The notes beneath the pieces were generated by a model. It saw nothing but the letters and a program-made list of their open reading frames with translations. It was not told the DNA's origin and searched no databases. Shown one piece after another: positions 20,222 through 30,105 of a DNA stretch of 64,000 nt. Position 1 is the first letter of the stretch, and the number at the start of each line of letters is the position of its first letter. Made by a program: the position numbers and the translations under genes. Source of the DNA: Pedobacter sp. (lineage in GTDB: Bacteria; Desulfobacterota; Desulfuromonadia; Desulfuromonadales; Syntrophotaleaceae); the NCBI GenBank assembly GCA_050253415.1, contig JBFWJC010000002.1, positions 544,725 through 608,724 of the forward strand, given 5' to 3'.

Positions 20222-20726
20222 TCGGCTGGTCAGTCGGAAGCTTTTTAGGCTGTTGCGCGATGCTGTCCTGATCGTCCTGCTGGCTACGGTGGCAGGAGCC
20301 GCCATCAATGGCCGGCTTTTGTGGCAGGTCTGGACGGGTGAGATGCCCGGAACGGTTGTTGCTTCCGATCCGCTTCCGGACGGTGAATTGTTGCCCATGC
20401 CCATCTCTCTGACGGAACTCCGGAGTTTATCTGCCAACGAGGTTCTTTTGCTCGATGCCCGCAGTCGCGATCTGTATCTGCAGGAGCATTTGCCCTCGGC
20501 GCGTAACCTGCCTTGGGGCGAGATTGAAAAACTGCTGGAGTCTTTCCGCGCCGAGGTGCCTGTCGATCAATCCCTTGTCGCGTATTGCAGCGGCTACGGC
20601 TGCGAGGATTCCTTCCACCTGGCTCAGCGCCTGATGGCGGAGGGCTATGAGGACGTCCGGGTGTTTGAGGGTGGTTTGCCGGAGTGGCAGGATGCCGGTT
20701 TGCCGGTGGAAGAGGGGCAGCCATGA
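20214..20726 (+). CDS. Membrane-anchored rhodanese-like protein
   Basis: LLDARS, HLPSARNLP, active-site YCSGYGC, FEGGLPEW. Confidence 0.88.
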   Translation: MSNRLVSRKLFRLLRDAVLIVLLATVAGAAINGRLLWQVWTGEMPGTVVASDPLPDGELLPMPISLTELRSLSANEVLLLDARSRDLYLQEHLPSARNLPWGEIEKLLESFRAEVPVDQSLVAYCSGYGCEDSFHLAQRLMAEGYEDVRVFEGGLPEWQDAGLPVEEGQP

Positions 20727-21145
20727 CGAATCTGAAGCCGATTCTGTATCATCTTTGTCGCTTGCTGCTCGGTGGCCTGTTTGTCTATGCCGGAGTGGTC
20801 AAGGCCCTTAATCCCGCCGGTTTTGCCGGTGAGATCGCCAACTACCAGATCCTGCCGTACCGGCTTAATTTTCTGGTGGCGTCTACCTTGCCTTTTGTCG
20901 AATTGCTGGCCGGATTGCTGCTGGTCATCAACCGCAAAGTGCGCCCTGCCACGGTGGTTATCGGCGGATTGAATCTGGTGTTCATGGTAGCTCTGTCTTC
21001 CTTGCTGATACGTGGGCTTGATATCGACTGCGGTTGTTTCCGTCCCGGTGCGCATACCTCGGCTCAGGCGGCTTTATGGCGCGATGCCGGGCTGATGGTA
21101 CTGGTTGTCGTCACCTTTATCGGCAGCGGACGGCGCAGTGTCTGA
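20723..21145 (+). CDS. MauE/DoxX-family membrane redox protein
   Basis: GLFVYAG..K, LPFVELLAG and RGLDIDCGCF motifs; ATGA overlap with the rhodanese gene. Confidence 0.88.
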   Translation: MTNLKPILYHLCRLLLGGLFVYAGVVKALNPAGFAGEIANYQILPYRLNFLVASTLPFVELLAGLLLVINRKVRPATVVIGGLNLVFMVALSSLLIRGLDIDCGCFRPGAHTSAQAALWRDAGLMVLVVVTFIGSGRRSV

Positions 21146-21148
21146 GAC

Positions 21149-22714
21149 ATGTCCATACTATTGATCCATCCTCCGGCGGCGAAGGCTGGCGAGCCGCCCC
21201 TTGGCCTGGCCGTATTACAGGCCTGCCTTAAAGCTCGCGGTGCCAAAGTTAGGGTTTTCGACGCCAATCTGGATGGTTATCGTTATCTGTTGGATTCCGA
21301 GATTCTGGCTGCCAAGGCCGGACCTACCCTCACCACACGCTTGCGGCGCGCCCTGCGCCATGCCGAGTCTTCCCTGTCCTTACTCTGCAGTGCTGCCGGT
21401 GCCGCCGATCCGGCCCGCTATGCCACGGCGGTACGCTATCTGAATGATGCCCTGAGTTTGCATGGCGGCGCTTCTGGCGGTGAGCGACTCACTCTCGGGG
21501 ATTATCATCACGGCGAACTGTCGGAATTTTCCGAACGCGACCTGGGGCTACTGGCTGCCGGCGAAGCGCAAACCCTGTTTCACGATTATTTTCATGGTGA
21601 ACTGTTGCCGACCATGGAGCAGCAGCAACCGCGCTTATTGGCACTGTCTATCAATTACCGCCATCAGGTGTTGCCCGCCTTTGAATTGGCCGGATTGTTG
21701 CGGCGTCGTTTCCCCGGGGTGCCGATGGTGGCCGGTGGCGGTATGATCAGTTGTTGGCAATCGGCGTTGCAGGAAACCGGCATGCGTTTGCCGGCTTTCG
21801 ACCATCTGGTGGCGGGACCCGGTGAGCAGCCGCTGTATGATCTGCTTGAAAAACCTTCAGGGTTGGATTACCTGCTGGAAGATGCCTCGACCCTGGGCTT
21901 GGAGCCCGATTTCAGCGGACTCGATCCCACGGCTTACTTTTCCCCCCATCCGGTGCTGCCGGTGACCGCCTCGCGCGGCTGTTACTGGGCGCGCTGCCTG
22001 TTTTGCCCTGAGGCTGCCAACCCGACCCACCCGTACAAGGCTTTTCCGGGGCAGGAGTTGCCAAGGTTGCTGCGTAGCCTTGCCGATCGATGGAAGGTGC
22101 GTCATTTTCACCTGACTGACAATGCCATCCCTCCCTCCGCCCTGCAGGCCCTGGCGGCGCAGGCCGATCAACTTGGCGATCTGTCGTGGTACGGTTTCGT
22201 GCGCTTCGAACCGGCACTGCTGGAAGGCGATCTCATCGAACGCCTGGCCCATTGTGGTTGCCGTCTTTTGCAGCTCGGTCTTGAGAGCGGCAGCCAGGCT
22301 GTTCTCGATCGGCTCGCCAAGGGCACTCAGCTGTCCGTGGCCGCAACGGTGTTGCAACGATTGAAGCAAGCCGGAATCGCCACCTACGTCTATGTGTTGC
22401 TCGGAACCCCCGGCGAAAGTCCCGAGGAAGCCGGCCAGACCAGGACTTTCCTCGAAGCGCATGCCGGGCATATCGATTATCTCAACCTGGCCATCATGAA
22501 CATGCCGCGGCATTCGGCCTTGGCTGCGGAGGCGGATGCGGGTGCAGCCCAGCCCCTCGACCTCTATCTGCCCATGGATGAGGATGCTGTCGAACGTCGT
22601 ACTGCCAGGCGTTTTTTGCAGGGGGAGTTGCTCGCTTCTCCGGCGATCAAGGCCATCGTCAATCGCACCCCGCCGCTGTTTACCTCCAATCACGCTTTTT
22701 TCTTCCAGCCATAA
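21149..22714 (+). CDS. Cobalamin-binding-domain radical SAM protein
   Basis: LLIHPP...PPLGLA N-terminus, SRGCYWARCLFC, LGLESGS. Confidence 0.85.
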   Translation: MSILLIHPPAAKAGEPPLGLAVLQACLKARGAKVRVFDANLDGYRYLLDSEILAAKAGPTLTTRLRRALRHAESSLSLLCSAAGAADPARYATAVRYLNDALSLHGGASGGERLTLGDYHHGELSEFSERDLGLLAAGEAQTLFHDYFHGELLPTMEQQQPRLLALSINYRHQVLPAFELAGLLRRRFPGVPMVAGGGMISCWQSALQETGMRLPAFDHLVAGPGEQPLYDLLEKPSGLDYLLEDASTLGLEPDFSGLDPTAYFSPHPVLPVTASRGCYWARCLFCPEAANPTHPYKAFPGQELPRLLRSLADRWKVRHFHLTDNAIPPSALQALAAQADQLGDLSWYGFVRFEPALLEGDLIERLAHCGCRLLQLGLESGSQAVLDRLAKGTQLSVAATVLQRLKQAGIATYVYVLLGTPGESPEEAGQTRTFLEAHAGHIDYLNLAIMNMPRHSALAAEADAGAAQPLDLYLPMDEDAVERRTARRFLQGELLASPAIKAIVNRTPPLFTSNHAFFFQP

Positions 22715-22838
22715 GCTTTAAGTTGAAACCAGCCATAAAGCTATAAGCTGTAAGGAAAGGTAAAAAACTTTTTGTTTGAAGCTTGGACTTGAGGTGCGCT
22801 CTATGGTACACCTGCGCCGATGGAGGAGCTTACCGTTT

Positions 22839-23882
22839 ATGAGTACCTGGCAACAACAACTGGCTGACAGCCTGACCGTTCCCGCCGCCCTGGCGGCGCG
22901 CTTCGATATCGACACGACGCCATTGGAAGAGGTGGCACGGCGCTATCCTATGCGCATTTCGCCCTATTATTTCGGTCTTGTTGAGCAACCGGGGGATGCC
23001 ATCTGGAGACAGTGCGTGCCCGATGTGCGGGAGTTGCTGCCATGCGAGGACGCTGCCGACCCCCTCGACGAGGAGCGTTTGTCGCCGGTTCCGCTGGTGG
23101 TGCACCGTTACCCCGATAGGGTTTTGTTGTTGGCCAGCGGTGCATGCGCGGTCTATTGCCGTTTCTGTACCCGTAAGCGCAAGGTCGGATGCGCTGCCAT
23201 GGGCGTTACGCAAGAGCGGCTTGATGCGGCCATCGATTATATTGCGCGGACCACGCAGATCCGCGATGTGATCCTGTCCGGAGGCGATCCGCTGCTGTTG
23301 GAGGATGATCGTCTCGAACATCTTCTCAAGCGGCTACGGGCGATCCCCCATGTGGAGATCATTCGTCTCGGCAGTCGGGTCCCCGTGACCCTTCCGACAC
23401 GCATTACCGAAGACCTGTGTGCCATGCTGCGCCGTTATCATCCCCTGTATCTCAACACCCATTTCAACCATCCGCGCGAGCTTACTCCCCAGGCAGCTGA
23501 AGCCTGTCGCCGGTTGGCCGATGCCGGCTTACCCCTTGGCAATCAGACGGTATTGCTGCGCGGCGTCAACGATAGCCCCGCCGTCATGCAGCAGTTGGTT
23601 AAAGGTTTGCTGAAAATCCGGGTGCGCCCCTATTACCTGCATCACATGGACCTGGCGGCCGGCACGGCGCATTTCCGCACCCGCATCGAAACCGGACTGG
23701 ATATCGTGGCCGCCCTGCGCGGGCCGATTTCCGGGCTGGCCGTGCCCCATTACGTCATCGATGCCCCCGGTGGCAAAGGCAAGATTCCCCTGCTGCCGGA
23801 GCATCTGCTGCAGCTTGGAGAAAAGGCGCTGCTGCGTACGCCGACAGGTGAGACGATCCTGTTTCCCAATGGCGAGATGTGA
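22839..23882 (+). CDS. KamA-family radical SAM (lysine 2,3-aminomutase / EpmB-like)
   Basis: HRYPDRVL, CAVYCRFCTRKR, SGGDPL, NQTVLLRGVND and PGGKGKIP (PLP lysine region); RBS GGAGG. Confidence 0.9.
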   Translation: MSTWQQQLADSLTVPAALAARFDIDTTPLEEVARRYPMRISPYYFGLVEQPGDAIWRQCVPDVRELLPCEDAADPLDEERLSPVPLVVHRYPDRVLLLASGACAVYCRFCTRKRKVGCAAMGVTQERLDAAIDYIARTTQIRDVILSGGDPLLLEDDRLEHLLKRLRAIPHVEIIRLGSRVPVTLPTRITEDLCAMLRRYHPLYLNTHFNHPRELTPQAAEACRRLADAGLPLGNQTVLLRGVNDSPAVMQQLVKGLLKIRVRPYYLHHMDLAAGTAHFRTRIETGLDIVAALRGPISGLAVPHYVIDAPGGKGKIPLLPEHLLQLGEKALLRTPTGETILFPNGEM

Positions 23883-23910
23883 ATGGTCTTTGCCAGTTAT
23901 TGATTTTATC

Positions 23911-24032
23911 TCACCACGAAGGACACGAAGATCACGAAGAAGGACTTAAAAGACAAACCAGGATCTTTTGTTTAAACCTTAAAAATCTTGGTTTTAGCTT
24001 TTCCTTCGTGTCCTTCGTGCTCTTCTTGGTGA
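23911..24032. repeat. Palindromic intergenic element built from CACGAAGNN 9-mers (REP/MITE-like)
   Basis: Left arm tcaccacgaaggacacgaagatcacgaag; right arm cttcgtgtccttcgtgctcttcttggtga is an imperfect reverse complement; AT-rich spacer. Confidence 0.75.
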
Positions 24033-24091
24033 TAAGTATTGCCAAACAGACCTTGCACGCGTGGCTTAACGGCGCACTTTGGCGTTTAGCT

Positions 24092-24991
24092 CTAAAAATC
24101 AACCTTCACGCCGGAGCGTTCCTCGGCCAGTTGCCAGAAAGCCCGTACCACCGGTCGCTGCAGATTGCGGCGGGTGGAGCACAGTCCCACCACATAAGGA
24201 GCCAGTTGCGGCGCTGCTTCCAGAATGCGCACTTCATCGCGAAACGGACTGCGGGCCAGTACCAGCTCCGGGACGATGCCGATGCCGCAGCCGAGGCGCA
24301 CCATGGCAATGATCGCCTCGTTGCCGGAGACCTCCGAGGAGATATTGGGGGTGATGCGCCGCGACTTGAGCCATTGATCGAGACGCCGCCGTGACAGCCC
24401 TTTTTGCGGCAGCACCAGGGGAGTACGACGCAGGTCGATTTCGCCGTCGCGCACCGGCAGAGGGGGCGCATCGCCCTGCCTGGGGGCGATGAACAACAGC
24501 GGGGTGTTGATGATGGGGAGGAATTCGAGCTGTGATTGTTGCCGGTCGGGCAGGGCGGCGACAGCGAGATCGATTTCACCGCTTTGCACCTGGGCCACCG
24601 CCCGCTCGGCGGCGCCGGTGCTTAATTCGAGCTGTACCTCGCGATAGGCGCTGCGATAGGCCTCCAGCAGGCGAGGCAGCAGGCTGTAGACCGCCGTGAT
24701 GGAGGCGTAGATGGACAGGGTCCCGCTGATGGCCTCCTTGCCTTTCACAGCGCCGCGAAAAGCCTGCCACTCCTGCAGCGCCTGGCGCGCATAGCTGCGG
24801 AACTGCTCGCCGGCGGCAGACAAGGTGACGCGGCGGTTATCCCGCACAAACAGAGGCTGTTCCACTTCGTCTTCGAGCCGCTGAATGGTACGGGTCAAAG
24901 CTGAAGGGCTGAGATTGCATGCCTGGCTGGCCCGGCCGAAGTGCAGCAGTTCGGCCACGGTCAAAAAGATCTCAAGTTCGCGTATATCCAT
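24092..24991 (-). CDS. ilvY: LysR-family activator IlvY
   Basis: LHFGRASQACNLSPSALTRTIQRLE HTH, VSGNEAIIAMVRLGCGIG; divergent from ilvC. Confidence 0.9.
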   Translation of the reverse strand: MDIRELEIFLTVAELLHFGRASQACNLSPSALTRTIQRLEDEVEQPLFVRDNRRVTLSAAGEQFRSYARQALQEWQAFRGAVKGKEAISGTLSIYASITAVYSLLPRLLEAYRSAYREVQLELSTGAAERAVAQVQSGEIDLAVAALPDRQQSQLEFLPIINTPLLFIAPRQGDAPPLPVRDGEIDLRRTPLVLPQKGLSRRRLDQWLKSRRITPNISSEVSGNEAIIAMVRLGCGIGIVPELVLARSPFRDEVRILEAAPQLAPYVVGLCSTRRNLQRPVVRAFWQLAEERSGVKVDF

Positions 24992-25000
24992 TTCTCCTCC

Positions 25001-25052
25001 ATGTTGCGTAATATGCAATACAGTATTCTAAACAAATCAATTTACGCAATAG
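25001..25052. promoter_or_regulatory. Tandem IlvY operators O1/O2
   Basis: ATGTTGCGTAATATGCAATAC (25001-25021), 10 bp spacer, ACAAATCAATTTACGCAATAG (25032-25052); resembles the E. coli ilvYC operators as I recall them. Confidence 0.75.
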
Positions 25053-25115
25053 GCAAAATCGGGTATGGTCGTTTATTCTCTGACTTTTTTAACAACCCAC
25101 ATAAAGGAGACACCG

Positions 25116-26588
25116 ATGGGACAGAACTATTTCAACTCGCTGCCGCTTCGCCGCCAGCTGCAGGAACTCGGTACTTGCCGTTTTATGGACGCCTCTGAAT
25201 TCGCCAACGGTTGCGAATATGCCAAGGGTAAAAAAATCGTCATCGTCGGTTGCGGCGCCCAGGGTCTCAACCAGGGCCTCAACATGCGCGACAGCGGCCT
25301 CGACGTTTCCTATACGCTGCGCAAGGGCGCCATCGAGCAAAAGCGTCAGTCCTACCTGAATGCCACCGAAAACGGCTTCGCCGTCGGCACCTACGAAGAA
25401 ATGCTGCCGACCGCCGATATCGTCATGAACCTTGCTCCCGACAAGCAGCACACCGACGTGGTCAACACCGTCGTGCCGCTGATGAAGCAGGGCGCGGTCT
25501 TTTCCTACGCTCACGGCTTCAACATCGTCGAAGAAGGCACCCAGATCCGCAAGGACCTGACCGTTATCATGGTTGCCCCCAAATGCCCCGGATCCGAAGT
25601 ACGCGAAGAGTACAAGCGCGGTTTCGGCGTGCCGACCCTGATCGCCGTGCATGGTGAAAACGATCCCAACGGCGACGGTCTGGAAATCGCCAAGGCGCTT
25701 TGTTCCGCTCAGGGCGGCGACCGCGCCGGGGTACTCGAATCGTCTTTTGTCGCCGAGGTCAAATCCGACCTGATGGGCGAGCAGACCATTCTCTGCGGCA
25801 TGCTGCAGGCCGGTGCTCTGCTGTGCTTCGATAAAATGACCCAGAACGGCATCGACGCACCCTATGCCGTCAAGCTCATCCAGTTCGGCTGGGAGACCAT
25901 TACCGAAGCCCTCAAGCACGGCGGCATCACCAACATGATGGATCGTCTCTCCAATCCCGCCAAACTGGTGGCTTTCGGGGTAGCGGAAGAACTCAAGGAC
26001 ATCATGCGTCCCCTGTTCGAAAAGCACATGGACGATATCCTGTCCGGCGAGTTTTCCCGCACCATGATGGAAGACTGGGCCAATGATGACATCAAGCTGC
26101 TGACCTGGCGCGAAGAAACCGGCAAGACCGCTTTCGAGCAGACCGAAGGAGCCGGTGAGATCACCGAGCAGGAATACTTCGACAAGGCGATCCTGATGGT
26201 CGCCATGGTCAAGGCCGGGGTTGAACTGGCCTTTGAAACCATGGTCTCCTCCGGCATCGAGCCTGAGTCGGCATATTATGAGTCGCTGCACGAGACGCCG
26301 CTCATCGCCAATACCATCGCGCGCAAGAAGCTGTACGAAATGAACCGCGTCATTTCGGATACCGCCGAGTACGGCTGCTACCTGTTCTCCCACGCGTGTG
26401 TGCCTTTGCTCAAGGACTTCATGGCCAAAGTCGGTACCGATCTCATCGGCAAAGGTCTGACCGTCAAGGACAACAGCGTCGACAACCATACCCTGGTTGC
26501 TGTCAACGCCGAGATTCGCAACCACCTCATCGAAGAAGTGGGCCAGGAACTGCGTGCCGCCATGCAGGGCATGAAAGCCATCGTCTAA
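25116..26588 (+). CDS. ilvC: Ketol-acid reductoisomerase, long class II form
   Basis: NYFNSL N-terminus, [29 protein letters not shown], duplicated C-terminal domain, about 490 aa; AAGGAG RBS. Confidence 0.96.
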   Translation: MGQNYFNSLPLRRQLQELGTCRFMDASEFANGCEYAKGKKIVIVGCGAQGLNQGLNMRDSGLDVSYTLRKGAIEQKRQSYLNATENGFAVGTYEEMLPTADIVMNLAPDKQHTDVVNTVVPLMKQGAVFSYAHGFNIVEEGTQIRKDLTVIMVAPKCPGSEVREEYKRGFGVPTLIAVHGENDPNGDGLEIAKALCSAQGGDRAGVLESSFVAEVKSDLMGEQTILCGMLQAGALLCFDKMTQNGIDAPYAVKLIQFGWETITEALKHGGITNMMDRLSNPAKLVAFGVAEELKDIMRPLFEKHMDDILSGEFSRTMMEDWANDDIKLLTWREETGKTAFEQTEGAGEITEQEYFDKAILMVAMVKAGVELAFETMVSSGIEPESAYYESLHETPLIANTIARKKLYEMNRVISDTAEYGCYLFSHACVPLLKDFMAKVGTDLIGKGLTVKDNSVDNHTLVAVNAEIRNHLIEEVGQELRAAMQGMKAIV

Positions 26589-26613
26589 ACGATCGCGACA
26601 TAGAATAAACGAT

Positions 26614-26651
26614 AAAAGGGGCAAGCTGCTGATGCAGCTTGCCCCTTTTTT
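26614..26651. terminator. Intrinsic terminator after ilvC
   Basis: aaaaggggcaagctgc-tgat-gcagcttgcccctttttt. Confidence 0.9.
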
Positions 26652-26708
26652 CATGGGTAGACGGAAATGGTCATCTGGAAACACGATAACTTTGGAGCCA
26701 GCCCTGCG

Positions 26709-26891
26709 TTAGCCCGGTGAATAGCCCAGCGCTACGAGTGTCTTCAAGAGAATTCCCTTGCGTTGTTTCAGGACATCGCGATAATCCTGGCTATCCGTAT
26801 CGGCGATTTCCATCCTCAAGTCGGATAGACAGCTCTCCAGAATGCTGATCAGGGTGTCTTTTTCTTCAGGGTTGAGATCGAGTTGAAACAT
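26709..26891 (-). CDS. Small helical hypothetical protein (60 aa)
   Basis: MFQLDLNPEEKDTL...LSDLRMEIADTD; GGAGGT RBS. Confidence 0.7.
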   Translation of the reverse strand: MFQLDLNPEEKDTLISILESCLSDLRMEIADTDSQDYRDVLKQRKGILLKTLVALGYSPG

Positions 26892-27229
26892 GCGGTACCT
26901 CCTGTTCCGGTAGGTTGTGACCGACGCCAAAACTTTCATTCACCTGGTTTTTAAGTTTTCCCTGTATTGATATCTTAGAGCATTTTTGAACAGAAGCAAT
27001 GCCGGTGTTCTCTGCCATCCTGTTGGCCATCTGCCGAGCCTTCCGGGTTTATCTTTGCACTTCTCTGGTTGATGCATGAGGAAGTCAACCAGGTTTGAAT
27101 CCCTTTCCGGGTGTTTCCCGATGAGCAAATTCAAGCTCGGTAAGGGTCCGTCCAGTGACATTATCCATGCCGACCTGTGCCAGGTGTCTCTCTTCTTAAG
27201 CGACTGTGCTCCGGGCCATGCTCCGTAGT

Positions 27230-27709
27230 TTATTTCCTTTTATTCAACTTTCTTGTCTTGTAGCGTGCGATCGCCTCGCTCAGGCGACGTCTGTCCTCAT
27301 CCGTTTCGCTGGCCAGTGCTGGTACCTGGGTGGGACATCCGTCCGGGCTGAGTGCCACGAAAGTCAGGTAAGCCGACGCTGTATGCCGGATTTCGCCGGT
27401 CATGATATTTTCCGCTTCGACCCGGACGCCGACTTCCATGGAGGTATTGCCAACACGGTTGATGCTGGCTTTGAGAATGATCAGGTTGCCCACAAATACC
27501 GGGTGGTGAAAGTCGAGCCTGTCGATAGAGGCGGTGACGATATTACGGCGTGTGTGGCGCATGGCGACCACCCCGGCGGCATTGTCGATAAGTTTCATGA
27601 TGGCGCCACCATGGACATTGCCGGCTGGATTGGCATCGTCAGGCATGGCCACCTGGGCGAGTTCAACACGTGATTGCGAAACTTTTTTGGCCTGTTTGGG
27701 CATGATCAA
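27230..27709 (-). CDS. HotDog acyl-CoA thioesterase
   Basis: DANPAGNVHGG, VTASID, VGNTSMEVGV, AYLTFVAL. Confidence 0.92.
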   Translation of the reverse strand: MIMPKQAKKVSQSRVELAQVAMPDDANPAGNVHGGAIMKLIDNAAGVVAMRHTRRNIVTASIDRLDFHHPVFVGNLIILKASINRVGNTSMEVGVRVEAENIMTGEIRHTASAYLTFVALSPDGCPTQVPALASETDEDRRRLSEAIARYKTRKLNKRK

Positions 27710-27918
27710 CCTCCTGCATGTTTGATATATAGGCAGTATAGCGTAAACGCGTATGAACTTGGAGGATTAGATGCTGGTGGCGTATGGCTTGGATGGGAGC
27801 TGAAAATGCTTCTTCAGTGTAGTTTGCAACGGGATTCGATTAAGCAGGGAAAATGTGTCGGGGGGGGGGCGATGGGTTTCGGGAGGCTCGGCCGCGTTTG
27901 GTTGACGATACCGATGGG

Positions 27919-29025
27919 TTAAAGGGACAAATAAGCATCATCCCTGGAGGCGTGACCGGATACCACTTTATTGCGGCCGGTTTTTTTTGCCTGGTAAAGG
28001 GCCTGGTCGGCCATCTCAATCAGTATATCCGCTTCCATATGCAGGTCGGGTATCACCGTGGCCACACCCAGGCTCAGGGTGACAATAGGTTTTACTGCGG
28101 ACCGGGAATGTTGCAGTGCTAATTGTTCGACGGTTCGGCGCACGTTTTCGGCAACCATAAGAGCCCCTTCCAGGGGAGTCTGTGGCAGCAGAAGCACAAA
28201 CTCTTCGCCACCGTAGCGCGCTACAAGGTCGGCTGTTCGTTGGGCGCAGCCTGCCAGGGCTTGTGCAACACGGCGAAGGCAATCGTCTCCAGCCTGATGT
28301 CCATACTGATCGTTGTATTGTTTAAAATAATCGATGTCGCACAGAATAAGTGTCAGAGGGCTATCTTCCCGGGCCAATCGTCCCCATTCTCGTGCCAGCG
28401 TTTCATCAAACGCACGGCGATTGGGGATTTGGGTCAGCCCATCCACCCTCGCCATGTGCGATAATGCCACGTTGGCTTGTGCCAGTGCGGCTTCAGCACG
28501 TTTACGCATGGTTATATCGCGAAATTGACCAACGATACCGGGCGAACCGTCAAGAGTTATCAGTGACGAGGTCGAAACCATGTAAAACTCGCAGTCCCCA
28601 TTGCCGGTTGGTCGTTCGATGTCCCATTCATGGAAGGATTGAGGCTGGTGAGCCGAGGCCAGTGGGCAGGATGTGCTGTGGCGGGTACAAAATTTGAGGA
28701 TCTCATGGCATGGGTGTCCCACCACTTCATCCTGGGAGCGGCCCAGAAAACGAAACATCGCACTATTGGCTCGTACGACGATGCCGTCATGGCGCACCAC
28801 CCAGATGGGGTCGGCGCAGGATGAGAATATCTGCTCCAGTTCCAGGCTTTGCATTTCCACGTTCAACTGTTTCTGGGTGGCTGAGGCGACGATTTCTTCG
28901 AGGGTGTTTTGGGTGGCGGCTAAGCGCTTGCAGTTCGCTGCCAAAGATGTGTTTTCCAGCTCAAGGGTCCGGATCCGCTCTTTAAGCATATTCAGTGTTG
29001 CAGGATCGGTCACGTGCGCCTCCAC
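27919..29025 (-). CDS. PAS-GGDEF diguanylate cyclase
   Basis: Coiled coil, PAS ending FRDIT, DGLTQIPNRR...RTAD (I-site)...YGGEEF. Confidence 0.9.
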   Translation of the reverse strand: MEAHVTDPATLNMLKERIRTLELENTSLAANCKRLAATQNTLEEIVASATQKQLNVEMQSLELEQIFSSCADPIWVVRHDGIVVRANSAMFRFLGRSQDEVVGHPCHEILKFCTRHSTSCPLASAHQPQSFHEWDIERPTGNGDCEFYMVSTSSLITLDGSPGIVGQFRDITMRKRAEAALAQANVALSHMARVDGLTQIPNRRAFDETLAREWGRLAREDSPLTLILCDIDYFKQYNDQYGHQAGDDCLRRVAQALAGCAQRTADLVARYGGEEFVLLLPQTPLEGALMVAENVRRTVEQLALQHSRSAVKPIVTLSLGVATVIPDLHMEADILIEMADQALYQAKKTGRNKVVSGHASRDDAYLSL

Positions 29026-29387
29026 CTATGCGAAAGATCGTCCTCTGGAAAATTGGTCTTTTTTGAGCTGAAACATCATCGCTACCAATCTGTCTGTATA
29101 CGATCGACAGGTATTCTCTGATTTAAGCGCAGGCATGTCAATGCCAAAAGAGAAACATAAGAAATGGTCTGCCAGGATAATAACTATTGCCGGATTTTAC
29201 ACAAAGATAAAGGTGGGATGGATTGAGTTATTGGTAAAAGAGAAGAAATGGTCTGATGTATAAAATCAATCTGCTTTTGTATCTATGAGTTCAATAGAAA
29301 ATTGCCAACATACGAATCAAATTCGGTTACGAAGTATGTTGGCAATTAATTCCAGGCAAGGATGTATTCGTTGGAGAGTTGCGGGTT

Positions 29388-29723
29388 TTATCGATCAGTC
29401 TTATTGCGGCGGCGACCCCGTTGTTTTGCAGGAGCGGATTTTTCTTCCGGTGGGGCGCTTTGGGTGCCTGCAGGTTTTTGCGGTTTGGCGATAGTGACGG
29501 AGATCTGGCGGTTGATAATGCGCGCGTCGTCCAGGCACAATATGGCTTCTTTGGCTTCAGCCTCGCTGGACATCTTGACATAGGCATATTCGAGAAACTG
29601 GCCGGTTTTAGCGTCCGTTCCCATGTGGATGTAAGAAACCTTGCCGGCGACGGAAAAAAGCTTGCGTAACTCTTCCTCGGTGGTTTCGGGGGGGAGGTTT
29701 TTGACGTACAGGTCCTTGCTCAT
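29388..29723 (-). CDS. RRM RNA-binding protein
   Basis: LYVKNLP (RNP2), YAYVKM (RNP1-like), basic tail. Confidence 0.85.
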   Translation of the reverse strand: MSKDLYVKNLPPETTEEELRKLFSVAGKVSYIHMGTDAKTGQFLEYAYVKMSSEAEAKEAILCLDDARIINRQISVTIAKPQKPAGTQSAPPEEKSAPAKQRGRRRNKTDR

Positions 29724-29808
29724 GGGGTGCCTTCTGTTTTTGGATAAATGTTGTTAGCGCAGTTTTTTATCTGCCGGCTTTAAACGGCTTATGGCAGAAG
29801 GTCATGCG

Positions 29809-30012
29809 TCAGCCATCCTGTGGTTCAATGGCATGCACCCGTCCTACCTGACCGTCGACAAGCCGCACTTTGATGCCCCTGGAATGATACGGGGCTTTGG
29901 TCAGCAGCGAATCGACCATTCCGCGCGTCAGTTTGCCTGTGCGCTGGTCTTTTTTCAGTACGATAGCCACATGCAGTCCGGGATGGATATCTTTGCGGTA
30001 TTCTCCTGCCAT
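29809..30012 (-). CDS. YwbE/DUF2196-family small protein
   Basis: IVLKKDQRTGKLTRG...LLT...HSRGIKVRL.DGQVGRV. Confidence 0.85.
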   Translation of the reverse strand: MAGEYRKDIHPGLHVAIVLKKDQRTGKLTRGMVDSLLTKAPYHSRGIKVRLVDGQVGRVHAIEPQDG

Positions 30013-30105
30013 GGTCCTGGGTATTTCCTTTGCCTGCGTATGTTTGCGGTTCCGCTATACTTTACCACCTGTGGCGTTAAAGCTCAAAGTCGACTTTTTG
30101 CGAAA

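Noticed and set aside
22733..22752. Short taagct heptamer-like repeats after the radical SAM gene
   Set aside because: Only two to three degenerate units; too weak to call.
23911..24032. Possible mini-CRISPR
   Set aside because: Units are 9 bp with no spacers, and there are no cas genes.
23879..24394. 171-aa ORF with HHEGHEDHEE
   Set aside because: Translation of the 9-mer repeat element plus antisense ilvY.
26940..27200. c-di-GMP riboswitch or small ORF upstream of the 60-aa gene
   Set aside because: Some hairpins are present but there is no GEMM consensus, and the 73-aa ORF lacks an RBS or motif.
29131..29150. Sigma-54 promoter (TTGGCATTGACATGC, minus strand) for the PAS-GGDEF gene
   Set aside because: GG-GC spacing is 9 bp, not the required 10.
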